NCBI RefSeq assembly: GCF_038025025.1 | Contig: NW_027117342.1 | Span: 1 to 64,000 of the forward strand | Length of the DNA: 64,000 bases | Source of the DNA: Phyllosticta citribraziliensis | Lineage: Eukaryota | Direction of reading: 5' to 3' | Part shown: positions 32,192 to 47,100 of the stretch, piece by piece | Position numbering within the stretch: position 1 is the stretch's first letter | Layout: each line of letters begins with the position of its first letter | The notes under the pieces: generated by a model | What the model was told of the DNA's origin: nothing | The model's input: the letters and a program-made list of their open reading frames with translations, nothing else | Databases searched by the model: none | Translations under genes and position numbers: made by a program

Positions 32192-35100
32192 TGATGGAGT
32201 GCCTCTACAGGTGAGTTGTGCGCAGCTAGTCTGTAGTTAGTTAGTCAGGCATGTGTGCGGTATGCGTCCCTAGTAATGATAACTTTATTACTATACGCGT
32301 GTCCTCTACTTATATATATAATATAATTAATTCTACTCCTTCTAGACTACTACTATACCTAGTATTTATTAGGTTATAAGCCCTCTTTAATTATTTACTT
32401 ATATAATTACTCCTACTATATTATTAGAGTTGCTAGCTTATAGTCTTACTTCTATAGCTACCTAATAGCTCCTCTCTAATATTAGCTCTTATAATCTATA
32501 GCCCTCTAGCCCTTCTAGAGTTAATAGCTTATATCTATAGTAACTATACTCCTTACCCTTAATAGCTAATAGTTCTATAATATAGTAACTATACTTTAAA
32601 TCTCTTACTATTCTAAGTAATACTTAGTACTATTACTAAACCTTAATAAACTATATATTAAATACTAATCTCTATACTCCTCTACTTAACCCTCCTCCTA
32701 GTAGTTATACCTAAGAGCTAATACCTAAACTAGAATACCTAGAATATAAGGCGCTACTACTACTCCTAGATTATAAGGTACTACTACTACTATTACCCCT
32801 TATAACGGTATGCTTTAGGTAATCCTAATTAGGCAATTACTAAGGCTGCTTAGTGCTTAACTAATAGTTCTAGGTATCTAGATATAGTACTTAATGAGTA
32901 GTAATAAATAATAACCCCTAAAGATAGTTATATATACCTAGCCTAATCCTTTATTATATAGGACTTATATGTGCCTAGATAATAAAAATACTAAGGTAGA
33001 GTATAGTAGGTAGAGCTATATAACCTAATATCTAGTCTATTAGCTTATATAATAGAGAGGTACTTCCCTATTAAATAAGAGGTATAAGGAAGGGGAGTAG
33101 ACCCTTTTAATTTATATTACTATAACTAAATAACCTTAGACTGTTTTCTAAAGGCTACCTAATAGATAATAATATAGACTAAATTGTTATATACTTAGTT
33201 ATAAGAAATATATAGAGGAAGAGTACTAATTCTTTAATAAGAATTAGTTAATAATCTATTAGATAAAATAAAGAATTACTACTAAAGAAAAAGCTATTCT
33301 AGAGGGCTAGGAGGCCTCTTTATATACCTTTCTAGTTAGTACTAAGCTAATCTACTAGCTAGCTATTAGTAAGACTTATTTATTAGTTATGAGTTACCTC
33401 TAACTCTTAACTATAACTCTTACTATTAAAGTTCTTCTAGACTAATTTATTTAGATCTAGAATATAGACTATAACGCTACTATATCCTTATTCTAAGGAG
33501 TGGCCTTAAAGTCTAAAATATAAAGGAGATAATATAAACCTTAACTAGGTTAAGTACCCTAGATTTACTAGAGGTACTAACTTTTCCTTCTCCTTTTTAC
33601 TTTCTATTTCTAAAGGAACTAACTATACTATTTTTCCCTAACTAGGACTATTCTTTAGTCCTTATATAGCTCTTTCTATCCTAATATTAATAACTAACTT
33701 TTAACTATTAGTTTCTCTAGAATAAGCCTTTACTTTAATTCCTAAGAAGGGATATCCTCCTTTTCCTCTTTTTTAAACCTAAATTATCCTTTACTTATAA
33801 GTTATACTTTTAGGTCTTATAATAGCATTATATATAACTATTATAATAATAGCTTATTAGGAAATATAGTAAGATCCCTAAGAGCCTAATAGTATACCTA
33901 GTAAGTTAGGTACTAGGGGTAATGTAAGGGTATACCCCTAGATAGGTACTACTATAAGTAGTAGAGTTTAGTCTATTATAATAGTCCTTACTATTTATAA
34001 CACCTAAGCTAGTTTCCCTCTTAGCTAGTAGGGACTAGTACTAAGTAAGTAAAGATTCCTTTCTTACTAAGAAACTTCTACCTTAAATATCTTTATAAGT
34101 ACTAGCACTATAGACTTAAGAGCTATACCATTTAATAGGGCTTGGCCTATAGTACTTATATATAATATTAGGGGATGAATAATCTACTTATTATCTTTAT
34201 ACTTTAGTATCTAATCTTAGGTAAAGACCTTATTTTTATAGCTATCCCCCTCCTTTATAGGAACTTACCCTAAGGTCTAGATAGGTTTTTAGGATATAGT
34301 AGTATTAGCCTAGCTAGGAAAGAGTATTTTTAATATACTATAATACCTTAAACTTATTCTAGAAAGGAGCTATCTACTAGGGTAAAGGTATCCTTAGTAG
34401 GAAGAATAATAGCTCTAGCTTACCTTCTCTATACTACTAACTATATTAAGTATTAGCCCCTTTAGGTAAAGCTTCTATTAGGACCTAATTTTAGTATTTA
34501 TAGCTATATAGCCTATCTCTATAAGGGGGAACTTTATTTATTAAGTAAATACTTCTTTTTATCTTAAAGAAGTACCTCTACTAATAATCCTAGCTTACTT
34601 TCCTACTCTTAATATTAAGAATAAAGTTCTTAACTCTATCTTAATTACTTCTAGGCTTTAGGATATTATTAATAAATAATTAGACTCTATCTAGTCTATA
34701 AGGGTTATTATATTAAAGAAAGATACTAAAATTTAAGATCTAGCTTCTAAAGTTATAGCTAAATATTAAGAGGAGTTTCTTAAGTGTGCCCTACTTATAG
34801 CTTAAGAGTTAGTAGAAGTTAGGGCTTAGAATACTATCTTATTAGATAAAAGAGACTCTCTTCTCTCTTAGGTCTTTTCCCTTAAGTATAAGAAGAGGGA
34901 TATTAAACTTAAGCTTTATAATACTCTATAGATTAATACCTAATCCTTAAATAATCCTACTTTATATTCTTCTCTAGGGGGATCTTTAGATATCTCCTTA
35001 CCTAATTTCCTTAAAGATATAACTAACTAGGCCTTTATTTTAGGCCCTTTTATTTCCTTAACTATGATTTCTTATAGGATAGGAGTTATAGGTGATATAA

Positions 35101-38100
35101 AATAGTCTATAACTAAAAAGTCTATAAAATAATCTAACTATAGTTACTCTTTAACCTAGAGGTCTAAACTTAGGTAATTATAAAGGAGTGCTTTATTTTA
35201 ACCTCTAGGTATACCTTCTATAATCCCTAACTTATATATATTATTATACTAAGTCTAATAACTTAGTATATAAAGTTATAAGGGGTGCATCTAAAAGATA
35301 TACTTAGTAGGGATTTTAATAGGTAGGTCTTTTCCTTTTTATTTTTATCCTAGTAGCCCCTTTACCTATCTAGGAATTATTTTATATAGGATAGGTCCCT
35401 TTAGAGGTAGATAGTTATCCTATATTATTTTTTAAGTTTATTATTCCTAGTAGGGCTAGATGTAGGCTAGTATATTAGTATTTATATAGGAATCCTTTTT
35501 ATTCTATAGGTAATAATCTATTTTTAGTAATTTCTTTTAAGCTTCTTCTTATTCTAGGCCTAGAATAACCTAGTTTTAAAGTCCTTTTTATTATAGGTTC
35601 TAGGGTTATTAAGTTATTAAATTATTTATCCTTAGGAGGTTAGTTTAACGTTCCTCTTAGCTTACTTAGTATGGCTTACTTAGGTAGGTATGGTGTTTTA
35701 AGCTATATACTTAGCCTTAGCTATAGTAGGAGCTGCTACCTAGCTATACTAGGGCTAGAATAATATTTTTCTATAGGACTATATACCTCTACTAGCCTAT
35801 AGTCCTATACCCCTACCTATATAACTCTATAGCTATAAAATTAGCTATTAGCTAATTAAATTACTTTTTTTAATTCCTAAGTACTTCCTAGTATATACTT
35901 TTAGGAAATATTAGAAAAAATTAAATTTAGACCTTTTTTTCTAGTAAATTTCTAGTTTTCCTTCTTTTTCTTTTATATATCCTTTCTAGGACTATTTTAC
36001 TAATTTTTTCTTAAATAGTAGTAGCCCTAATTACTAAGGCTTAACTAGATCCTAATAATTTAGATTAGATCTACTTTCTACTACTAGTTAGGCCTTCTTT
36101 TTACCTTCCTAATCTAGATTATCTATATTCTATATAGATAGAGAATAACTATATTTAGAAAAGAGTTCTAGACCTAGTATTTAGGTATATATATACCTTA
36201 CTTAGTTATAGGAGGATTAAAAGGGCAGACCTTATAATAGTACTATTTAAAGAAGTAAGGAGGATTATAGTAAGTTTTTTAAGAGTATCCTTATTTTTTC
36301 TTATATAAGAGATATTAACTTATATATAGTATAGATAGTTCTATATATAGCATGATTATATTAGGGCCTAGACCTAAGTTCTCTACTAAGGCTAAAGGGT
36401 ACTTAAAGGTAAGTATTTCCTTAAAAATTAAGGGTTTTTTACTAATTTTTATATTTTTAAGTAACTAGGAGGTGGCTTAGGGCTTATAGGTCTAATCTAT
36501 TAGGCTTACCTAATAAGTACCCTATTCCTACTACCTTTAATACTAGAGGGGCTATTCCTTGCCTTTTATAGGCTATAGGACCTAACTAGGGGAAGAATTA
36601 GGGGTATATAGAAACTATATTACCTTAGGGCATCTTAAGAGATATTCCTAGAGAGATAAAGGTTCTAAGCTAATCTTAGTCCTTCTCTAGTATTAGCTCT
36701 TTACTAATCTCTGCCCTTCTACTCTAAGGGACCCTATTAATTAGTTTTACTAGTAATAGGTAAACTAGGTTCTAGGGGCCTATAAGTATTACCTAGGGGT
36801 CTATTTAAACCTAGTAGAAGGTAAAAGAGTGCCTAGACTTACCTTTATAGATAAATTAGGCTTATAAGCTAGTAGGAGTTATCTTTATTTTATTTTCTCC
36901 TTCTTTTATTTATTTTTCTTTAGTTTTTATAGGAGAGGAGGATCTTTTTAGTAATTTAGGTATTAGTAGTATAGGACCTTTAACTAGGCTAAGCTAAATT
37001 TAATATTAGCTATTCTTCTTATTATCTAAAGAACTAGTAAGGCGCTAGACTAGTAGAATAGCTAGAAAAATATATAATAGTCTAAAGTACCTAGTATTAA
37101 ATTCTTAGGTAAATCTAACTGTAGGAAGCTAAGGTATTAGGGCTAGAACTAAAGTAGGTATTCTTCTAGGCCTAATAAATAATAGTGCGTCATTTTAGCT
37201 TTCTAGCTAGAAAAATTCTCTAGGTATTAAATATTATATCCTAAGATTTTTATAGAATTTTATCTATAGGATCCTTAGTAATTAAGTAGTAAAGTTAACT
37301 ACTCTTTTTCTCCTTTATAGTGTGAAGGGGTATTGACTCTATAGGTGATATATATTTATCTAGGTTATTATTTATTATCTAGGTGGTAAAATCTGTAGTT
37401 CTATAATTAATCTAGATTATAGTTAGGCTTGACTTATTATTTTTTATCTAGTAGTTTATCTAGTAAGGTTTTGTTTTTATCTATAAGTATTACTCTAAAA
37501 TAAAGAGTATTTTGTAGTAAAATCTAGAGCTTAACTCTTAAAGAGTAAGCTTGTGTTTTCCCTTTTTCTTAGAGAAATATTATAGGTGATTTTCCTTAAA
37601 TTCCTATAGAAGATCCTAGTAATCTATAAGGTTATCTTCTACTTCCTATATTGATTTATAATCTAGGTATCCTTTCTATTTAATTAAATAATAATTTTCC
37701 TTCTTAATCTTTTTATAATCTTTTATTTCCTCTACCTCTAAATCTTTCTCTACCTCTAATTCTCTAAAGATGTCTTTAGTAGTAATTAGGGGGATAGAGC
37801 TATTATATAGCTCTAGTAGAGATATATAAAAGATTAGGTATATCCTTAAATCCTTAGGTAGTTATAGTTTATAGCTTAAGGAAGAGGTTTTCTTAATTAC
37901 TTTAAAAGGACCTATCTTTATAAAGTCTAGTTTTTTAGATAGGTATTTAGATTTTAGGTTCTTCTTAAGTAAGTAAACTTTATCCCCCTCCTTAAGGTCT
38001 AGTACGTCCTTATACTATTAATTATAATATTTAGCCATTCTATAGGTAATAAATTCTATATTATTAGTTAAAGACTTATATAGGAACTTTAACTCTTTAG

Positions 38101-41100
38101 CCTAAATAATACTCTCCTAAGAGAGTTAATTATAGAGACTAGGCTTACTAAAGTAAGTAGGTTTAAAACTATAATTAGTATAGAATAGACTAATTCTTAT
38201 AGTTTCTATAGTAGAGGAGTTATAGGTAAATTAAGCTAAAGGTAGTAAACTAGCCTAATTATCTTATTAGTAGTTAGAGTATATTCTTAAATATTACTCT
38301 ATAACTTAGTTTATCCACTTAGTTTATCCATCTATTTATAGATAAAAGGCTATACTTAATTTAGCCTTACTACCTAGTTATTCTATTAGAGTCTACTAAA
38401 ATTTTAAGCTAAATTTAGGATCTCTATTAGATATAATTACTTTAGGTAGTCTGTGCTGGCTTATAATATATCTAATAAAAGTATATACTATAGCTAGTAT
38501 ATTAGTATCTTCCTTATATAGGATAAAATAACTAAACTTAGTAAGGTAGTCTACTACTACTAAAATAGCATTATAGATATCTTTAGAGCCTGGTACCCTA
38601 CTATTAGGTAGCTTAGTTATAAAATCTAATAATACTAACTGCTATAGCTTAGTCGGTGCCGTTATAGGGTTTAATTTTCTATAAGGGGGGTGCCTAGCAT
38701 ATTTAGACTTAATATATATAGTATATTTTTTAATTATTTCCCTTGTTTATTAATATAATCCGGGGATATAGTAGGTTCTACTAATATATTCTGCTATTTT
38801 TATAATTCTGGGGTGGCTATTTAAAGTAGATTTATGGAAGCTTTTAAGTAAAGGCTTATAATACTTTTTAGGTATATAAATAAGTCCTCTATATATAAGA
38901 GTGCCTTCTTTAGTATAGGTTATATTAACGTCTATATTTTAATAGGACTTAATAAGCTCCTAGGCTATAGAATCTTTAGTATAGTTAGCCCTAAATAGTT
39001 CTTCCTATATTATATTAGGTAGTAGGGATTCTATAGAACTATTAGGTGATTCTTCCTCTAGTTCTAAAGCTCTAAACTCTATATTATCCTCTAGACTAGA
39101 AGGATAAATAGTAGAAGGGTTAGAATTATAAAATAAGGAATTTTCTAAGTATAGTTATTAATTAGGGAGCTCTTCTATACTAGGAGATAGTTATACATCT
39201 TCTATTAGTTCTATAGGCGTTTCTTCTACAGTACTAGACCTAGTACTAATAAATATAGATCTAACTTTATTCTATATATATGATGGTTTATTTTCTTTAG
39301 GTTTAGGCTAAAGAAGGCAGTTTAATTCTACTTTATTAAGTAGTAAATCTCCTTCTTTTATTGGTTTAAATATTATACGTATTAGAGGCAGCTCTAAATT
39401 AGTATAATCTAATCTTCTAGATAGAGTATCAGCTCTATTATTTTCTTTTCCTTTCTAGTAGGTAATTTTAAAGTTATAATTAGCTAGAATTTCTATCTAT
39501 CTAGCTTATTATCTAGTTAATTATTTTATTATTATAAAATAGTATAGGTTTAAATAGTCTATTATTACTTCTACTTAATAATTAGCTCCTTCTAGATAAT
39601 GTCTCTATTCTTTAAAAGCTATTACTATAGAGAGTAACTCCTTATTATATATATTATAATTTAATTCTATAGGAGATAGTTTTCTAGAATAATAAGCTAT
39701 AGGATATAGCTTATTATCCTTATCTAGTTAGCTTAGGCAGGCGCCTATAGCATAATCTAAGGCATCTGTTTCTAGAGTAATAGGTAAGGTATAGTTAAAT
39801 ATCTTTAGAATAGGCACTTTAGTAAAGGCTTCTTTTAATATATTAAAAGAGTTTTCTTAATTATTAGTCTAAATATAGGGCTGATCTTTCTTAGTTAGAT
39901 ATATTAAAGGCTTAGTAATTTTACTATAGTCTCTAATAAATCTCCTATAGAAATTATAGAATTCTAGGAAGGACTGTATATCCTTTATATATTTAGGTAT
40001 AGGCTATTCTAATAGACTTTTAATTTTCTTATTATCTATAAGGACTTCTCTAGGTCTTATAATAAAACCTAGAAATTTAACTTCCTTAGAGTAAAATACA
40101 TATTTTTCTAGCTTAACTAGTAAATATTATTCTTCTAGTTTAGCTAGGACTTTAGAAATATATATTTTATACTCCTCTAGTATTTTAGAGTAGATTAAAA
40201 TATCATCTAGGTAGGTAGTAGTAAATATATCTAGGTATTCTTTTAGAGTATCATTAATAAGTGCCTAAAATATTACTAGAGTATTAGTAAGACTAAAGGA
40301 TATTACTAAATACTTAAATAATCTATATTAGGTTTAGAAGGTAGTTTTCTATTTATCTCCTTTCTTAATTCTTATAAGATAATATCCATCCCTTAGATCT
40401 AGCTTAGTAAAGAACTTAGCTCTATCTAGCCTATCTCTTAATTCATCTATCCTAGGTAATGGACCTCTATTTTTAATAGTTATATTATTTAATTTCCTAT
40501 AATCTATACATAAGCGTAGCTTATTATTAGGTTTAGGAATAAATAATATAAGACTTCTATATAGGGAAGATAAGGGTCTAATATAGCCCTTCTTTATATT
40601 CTTATCTAAATATTTCTAGAGAGCTTCTAGCTCTATATTAGATAAAGAATAGAGAGGTCTAAAAGTAGGATTAGTTCCTTCTTTTAATAAAATTTTATAG
40701 TCCTAGGGTTAGTATTATAGTAAGGCTTCTTAGCCTTCTCTATCTATAAATAGATCTAGATATTTATAGTATTCCTTAGGGACTTATTCTAGGGTAGATT
40801 CTTCTAAAGGTTTTCTTAGCTTTCCTAAAGTATATTTTTCTTTAGTAGGTTTAAGTATAGTATTTAGAAGTCTCTAAGGCCTAGTTCTTAGTCTAGTAGG
40901 ATTACTAATATCTTAAGATTCTAAGATATAGTCCGTTGGTATTTATTGATTATCTATAGGTATAATATCTAGGTCTAGTTTATACTAGTATATATAGGCC
41001 TTATTCTTTTTATTCTTTAATTCCTTGTTAAATTCTTTATTAGTTATACTAGAAATTTCTAGATTAGGATGAGTAGGATCTCGTCTAATATCTTATAAAA

Positions 41101-44100
41101 GTGGGCAATTATTACACCTATAGGTATAGATATTAGAAGGATCTTTAGATCTAAAAATAATAGGATTATCCTTCTTAAAATCTAAGATAGGCTCCTATTT
41201 ATATAACTAAGGTATCCCTAATATAATATCGTGGCCTAGGATCCTTATTATATTAAATTTAATATATTCTTAGTATTATTATTTATATTCTAGGGCTATA
41301 TTATTTGTTTTATATTAGACCTTTCTATTTTTAGTATTTATTATAGTTCTATCTATAGTATAAAGCTTATAAGGATTTTCTTTTAACCTCATTAATAGTT
41401 TATACTTATTATAGAATCTAGAGTCTATAAAGACTCCTTAGGCTCTAGTATCTATTAAAGCTCGGGCTTTAATTCTATTAATTTTAATTGTTACTACTAA
41501 GTTCTTATAGTAGTCTTTCTTCTTATCTTTATTAAATAAAGTAGAAGAGAGGGACTTAATATTATCTAAAATAGTTTTAGATTATATTAAGGTCTTAGTA
41601 GCCCTTATAGCTAAGACCTTTTAGAGTTTTTTACCTATTTAGGCGTCGATTTATTTATATTTTTATCCTAGGAATTATTAGTATCTATGGCCCTTAGTAA
41701 GTAGTTATTATTATTTTTATAGCTAGATTTAAAGCTAGACTTATAGCTAGTTTTAGGCTTATATTAATTATTAGGCCTATAGCTTTTATATCTATTAGGA
41801 GTGCCCCTAGATTTATTATTACCTCTAGAGTAGTTAGATTTTCCTCTATAGGCTTTAGATAAATCTATGGGATCCCCCTAGGAACTAGAATTGCCCTTAG
41901 AATAATAAGAGCTAGTATTCTACTCCTAATACTACTAATAGCTCCTACTATTAATCCTTATAACTGTATCTATAAGAGATGCTAAGGTTTTATATAGATC
42001 TTATCTAGCTAGCTTATCTTTAATCTTATTCTTTAATCTAAGTTTATACTAGTGTATTAATGCTAGTTTATTCCATTCTAATTTAGTAGAATATTATTAG
42101 AATAGTATTATATAGTTAGCAGCTCCTTTATATTATTATAGAGTAGTTAGGTGTTGTTCTACCTCTTTAGTTTTATTATAGATGCTAAATATCTCTCTAA
42201 TAGATTTAGTATATTATTAGTAATTACTAAAAATATTAATAGTCGTTTCTTAATATTCTTAAAGTTCCTTTTCTTAGAAATCTCTTCTATAGGGTTTAAA
42301 CTAATTAAATGCGGCACCTCTTAGGAAACTAGAGGTATAGATTACTTTATCTACCTTATCCCTAAATTGTAACTTATAGAATTAGAAGTAATTAGCTACT
42401 TAAGCTAAGTAGGGCTCTAGCTTAACCCTATCCCTATAGAAGTTATTAGGTTTAGAGACCTTTATATTAGATCTCTTATACTCTATAGGAGTATCTATAG
42501 TATTAGAAGGTATAATACCCTATATTAATACTAAAGGCGGTATATTATTAGGATTATTACCTAGAGTAGCCTAGGCTAACCTTTAATTAAGCTTATTAAT
42601 CTCTATCTACTAATTTATAGTAGATCATTAATGTTTATTAAAGGTAGCCTATATATTAGCTTCTAGGTTCCTAATATACTCTTCTAGTTTATAGTTTATA
42701 GGAGTATCCTCTATATTATATAGAAAAGATACTTATGTATTTTTCCTATATAGGGCTCTATAATAATAGGATGTAAGTTTCTTCTTTTAATAATAATAGA
42801 CTAGAGAGTTAGAGCTCTCTAGGAGTAGTAAAGCTATAATAGTATGCTTTAGGTAATCCTAATTAGGCAATTACTAAGGCCGCTTAGTGCTTAACTAATA
42901 GTTCTAGGTGTCTAGATATAGTACTTAATGAGTAGTAATAAATAATAACCCCTAAAGATAGTTATATATACCTAGCCTAATCCTTTATTATATAGGACTT
43001 ATATGTGCCTAGATAATAAAAACACTAAGGTAGAGTATAGTAGATAGAGCTATATAACCTAATATCTAGTCTATTAGCTTATATAATAGAGAGGTACTTC
43101 CCTATTAAATAAGAGGTGTAAGGAAGGGGAGTAGACCCTTTTAATTTATATTACTATAACTAAATAACCTTAGACTGTTTTCTAAAGGCTACCTAATAGA
43201 TAATAATATAGACTAAATTGTTATATACTTAGTTGTGAGAAATATATAGAGGAAGAGTACTAATTCTTTAATAAGAATTAGTTAATAATCTATTAGATAA
43301 AATAAAGAATTGCTACTAAAGAGAAAGCTATTCTAGAGGGCTAGGAGGCCTCTTTATATACCTTTCTAGTTAGTACTAAGCTAATCTACTAGCTAGCTAT
43401 TAGTAAGACTTATTTATTAGTTATGAGTCACCTCTAACTCTTAACTATAACTCTTACTATTAAAGTTCTTCTAGACTAATTTATTTAGATCTAGAATATA
43501 GACTATAACGCTACTATATCCTTATTCTAAGGAGTGGCCTTAAAGTCTAAAATATAAAGGAGATAATATAAACCTTAACTAGGTTAAGTACTCTAGATTT
43601 ACTAGAGGTACTAACTTTTCCTTCTCCTTTTTACTTTCTATTTCTAAAGGAACTAACCGCGCTATTTTTCCCTAACTAGGACTATTCTTTAGTCCTTATA
43701 TAGCTCTTCCTATCCTAATATTAATAACTAACTTTTAACTATTAGTTTCCCTAGAATAAGCCTTTACTTTAATTCCTAAGAAGGGATATCCTCCTTTTCC
43801 TCTTTCTTAAACCTAAATTATCCTTTACTTATAAGTTATACTTTTAGGTCTTATAATAGCATTATATGTGACTATTATAATAATAGCTTATTAGGAAATA
43901 TAGTAAGATCCCTAAGAGCCTAATAGTATACCTAGTAAGTTAGGTACTAGGGGTAATATAAGGGTATACCCCTAGATAGGTGCTACTATAAGTAGTAGAG
44001 TTTAGTCTATTATAATAGTCCTTACTATCTATAACACCTAAGCTAGTTTCCCTCTTAGCTAGTAGGGACTAGTACTAAGTAAGTAAAGATTCCTTTCTTA

Positions 44101-47100
44101 CTAAGAAACTTCTACCTTAAATATCTTTATAAGTACTAGCGCTATAGACTCAAGAGCTATACCATTTAATAGGGCTTGGCCTATAGTACTTATATATAAT
44201 ATTAGGGGATGAATAATCCGCTTATTATCTTTATACTTTAGTATCTAATCTTAGGTAAAGACCTTATTTTTATACCCCTATTACCTCTCTTACCCCTAAG
44301 GCCTATATATATTAATATCCCCTTTATAGATAAAATAACCTACTTTACTATAGGTATAAAGGACCCTAGCTTTATTCCTTATCTTAAGGATAATAGTAAG
44401 AACTTCTAAGAGTATTATACTCTACTTAAGTAGTATATTAAGAGTATTAGTTATTAGGATAAGATTACCTATAATATAGCTCCTAAGAAGCCTAATCCTA
44501 AGCTCTTCCTTATCCCTAAGATAAAGAAGGTTAATAGGGCTAAGTATATAGAAATAATAAAGGACTATAATATATAGCTTACTAAAAATAGTTATATTTA
44601 TAGTATTATACTTAACTTAACTAGTAAGTAGCTTAAGCGCTCTCTCCTCTCTATTAAGACTATATATAAGATATATAACTATCTAGTTAAGAGGTATACC
44701 TATAAAGGCCCTATATAAATAGCTATTATTATTAAGGAGTTTATTATAATATACTAGGATAGATACTTAAACCTTACTAAGTTCCTTAATAAATAGAAGG
44801 CTATAATAGGATATAGTTAGACCTTTAATATTATATAGCTAAAGCTAGTCTTACTTACTCTACTCTTAATTACTATTAACTATAATATATTAGGCAATAC
44901 CTAGTTTACTAAATAGTCTAAGTATATATGCTAATAGATTAGTAATAAGAAGGTACTTAAAGTACTTAAGGTAGATAATATTATCTCTAATCTTAAAGAC
45001 TACTATACTAGTAAGAAGGCTAAAGCTTATCTTAACTATACTTCTAATTATAATAATAATAACTATCCCTTTAATAGTTAGAATAGTTTATCCTCCTATA
45101 ATAGTAGCATAAGTACTAATAATAACTTAGCTATAAAGAAGAATACTAATAGCTAGAAGTACTTCTATTATTAGTCTAAATACTATTACTCTTAGGGCTA
45201 TCCTTACTTATACCCTAAAAAGAGAACTAACCCTAAGTTTAAGGTTAATTAGTCTCTTATTAATATATATTATAAAGCTATAAAGGAGTATAAGGATAAG
45301 AAGGCTACTACTAAGCCTAAGATATATATATTAGAAATATTTTACTATATCTTAATAGTCTCTACTATAAAGTATATATAGATTATTAACTCTAGTATAT
45401 CCTACTACTTTACTAATAACTACTCTATATTTATTATATTTAAACTAAAGTAAGGCACTATTAGCTATAGGGGTAGACTAGCCTTATATAAAGGTATTAG
45501 TATAATTAAGCTCCTAGTTAAGGGGCGTGATAGTAACCTATATACTAGGTAGTTTAGTAGTATCTACTACTACCCTTTACTACTAGTTAGTACTATTTTA
45601 CCTAGCTAATTAAAGTGCTATAATATCTACTAGGAAGGTTATCCTAAGGCCCTTATTATAGCTAATAGCTATAATATCTTATATATACTGCTTTACCCTA
45701 TAATTAGCCTAAATATTATTAAAGTTATTTAACTTAGTAACTTAAGTAATATGTTTATTATAGTTATAGGCGCGGGCTAATTAGAGATGTCTATTCTACT
45801 AGTAGAATTACTATCTAGCTAATTAGAGACTACTATTCTACTACTTTATAATAATATAAAATAATTAACTTCTACTAATAATATTTCTAGAATTTTAGAA
45901 ATTAACTTAGGTAATATAGCTACTAGGCCCTATCTCCTCTAATCCCCCCCCTAAGGGTAGCCCCTTTCTTAAGGGGACCTAGTTTTCCCCTAAGAAGGTT
46001 ACTATTATTAATAAGATACTAATAATAAATATTAATATTAACGCCCTTTACTAGTATCTTATATATATAGGCTTTAATATAGTTAGGAGCTATATAAAAG
46101 CTTACTATCTATATATTACTAGTAAGGAAGAGAACTACTATATATATCTTACTATAAAGGTATAATATAAGCTAGGATACCTCCTATAAGTTTATAAAAT
46201 AGACCCTCTTATATTTATTTATAGTAATATATAAGAGATTACTCTATATAGTATTTATAGTAAATGCTATATCCTTTACCTTATAGATAATACTACTAGC
46301 TACTAGTAGGCCTCTATATTTAGAAAGAAGAGTAAGGTATATAATACCCTATAGGCCTTCTTTAATTACTATAAGCTATAGTTAGGAAGGTTCCCTTAAT
46401 ATATTTAATTTAACTTAGGTATAGAGTTCGCTCCTAAGTAGTTTACTATATTTTATATAAAGAATAGTATTAAATTTATCCTATCTATACTATATTACCC
46501 TAAATAGAATAGTAAAGCTAAGAAGACTAATTATATTATATAGCTTTATCTTTATATAATAGTTTACTAGGTAAACGCGCTAAAGTTCCTCTAGATAGAA
46601 GCTCTTCTAGTTATAATTAAGCTTATTAATACTATACCTACTTATCTTAATAATATAAAGTCTCCTAATAAGGTGTTCTTTACTAAGTTAGGTATTATAT
46701 AGAAGGAGATAGTAGATAACTACTATACCTAGGGTAGTATTATATATGCCTATATCCTATCCTAGAAGTATATATAAAGTATAAAGCTTAAGGATTATAG
46801 TAAGCGTGGCCGCCTTATTAGCTTTAAGGGAAACTATATATACTAGATCTTTATTACGCCTAACTAATTTATTTATATACCTATAGTATATATCCTTAAA
46901 GGCGAATTTAATATTACTAATAATAAGCTAGATAATAATGGCGAGCTTCTCTACTTTAACTATACTAAGTTTAACTATACTCCTAATCTATAGGGGGTGT
47001 CCTATACTAAAGCCGCGGCTTTAATAATAAGACTGTCACCTATAGCTGCCCCTAAATAAGAAGATACTAATAAATAGGGGGTACTATTTATTAATAATAA

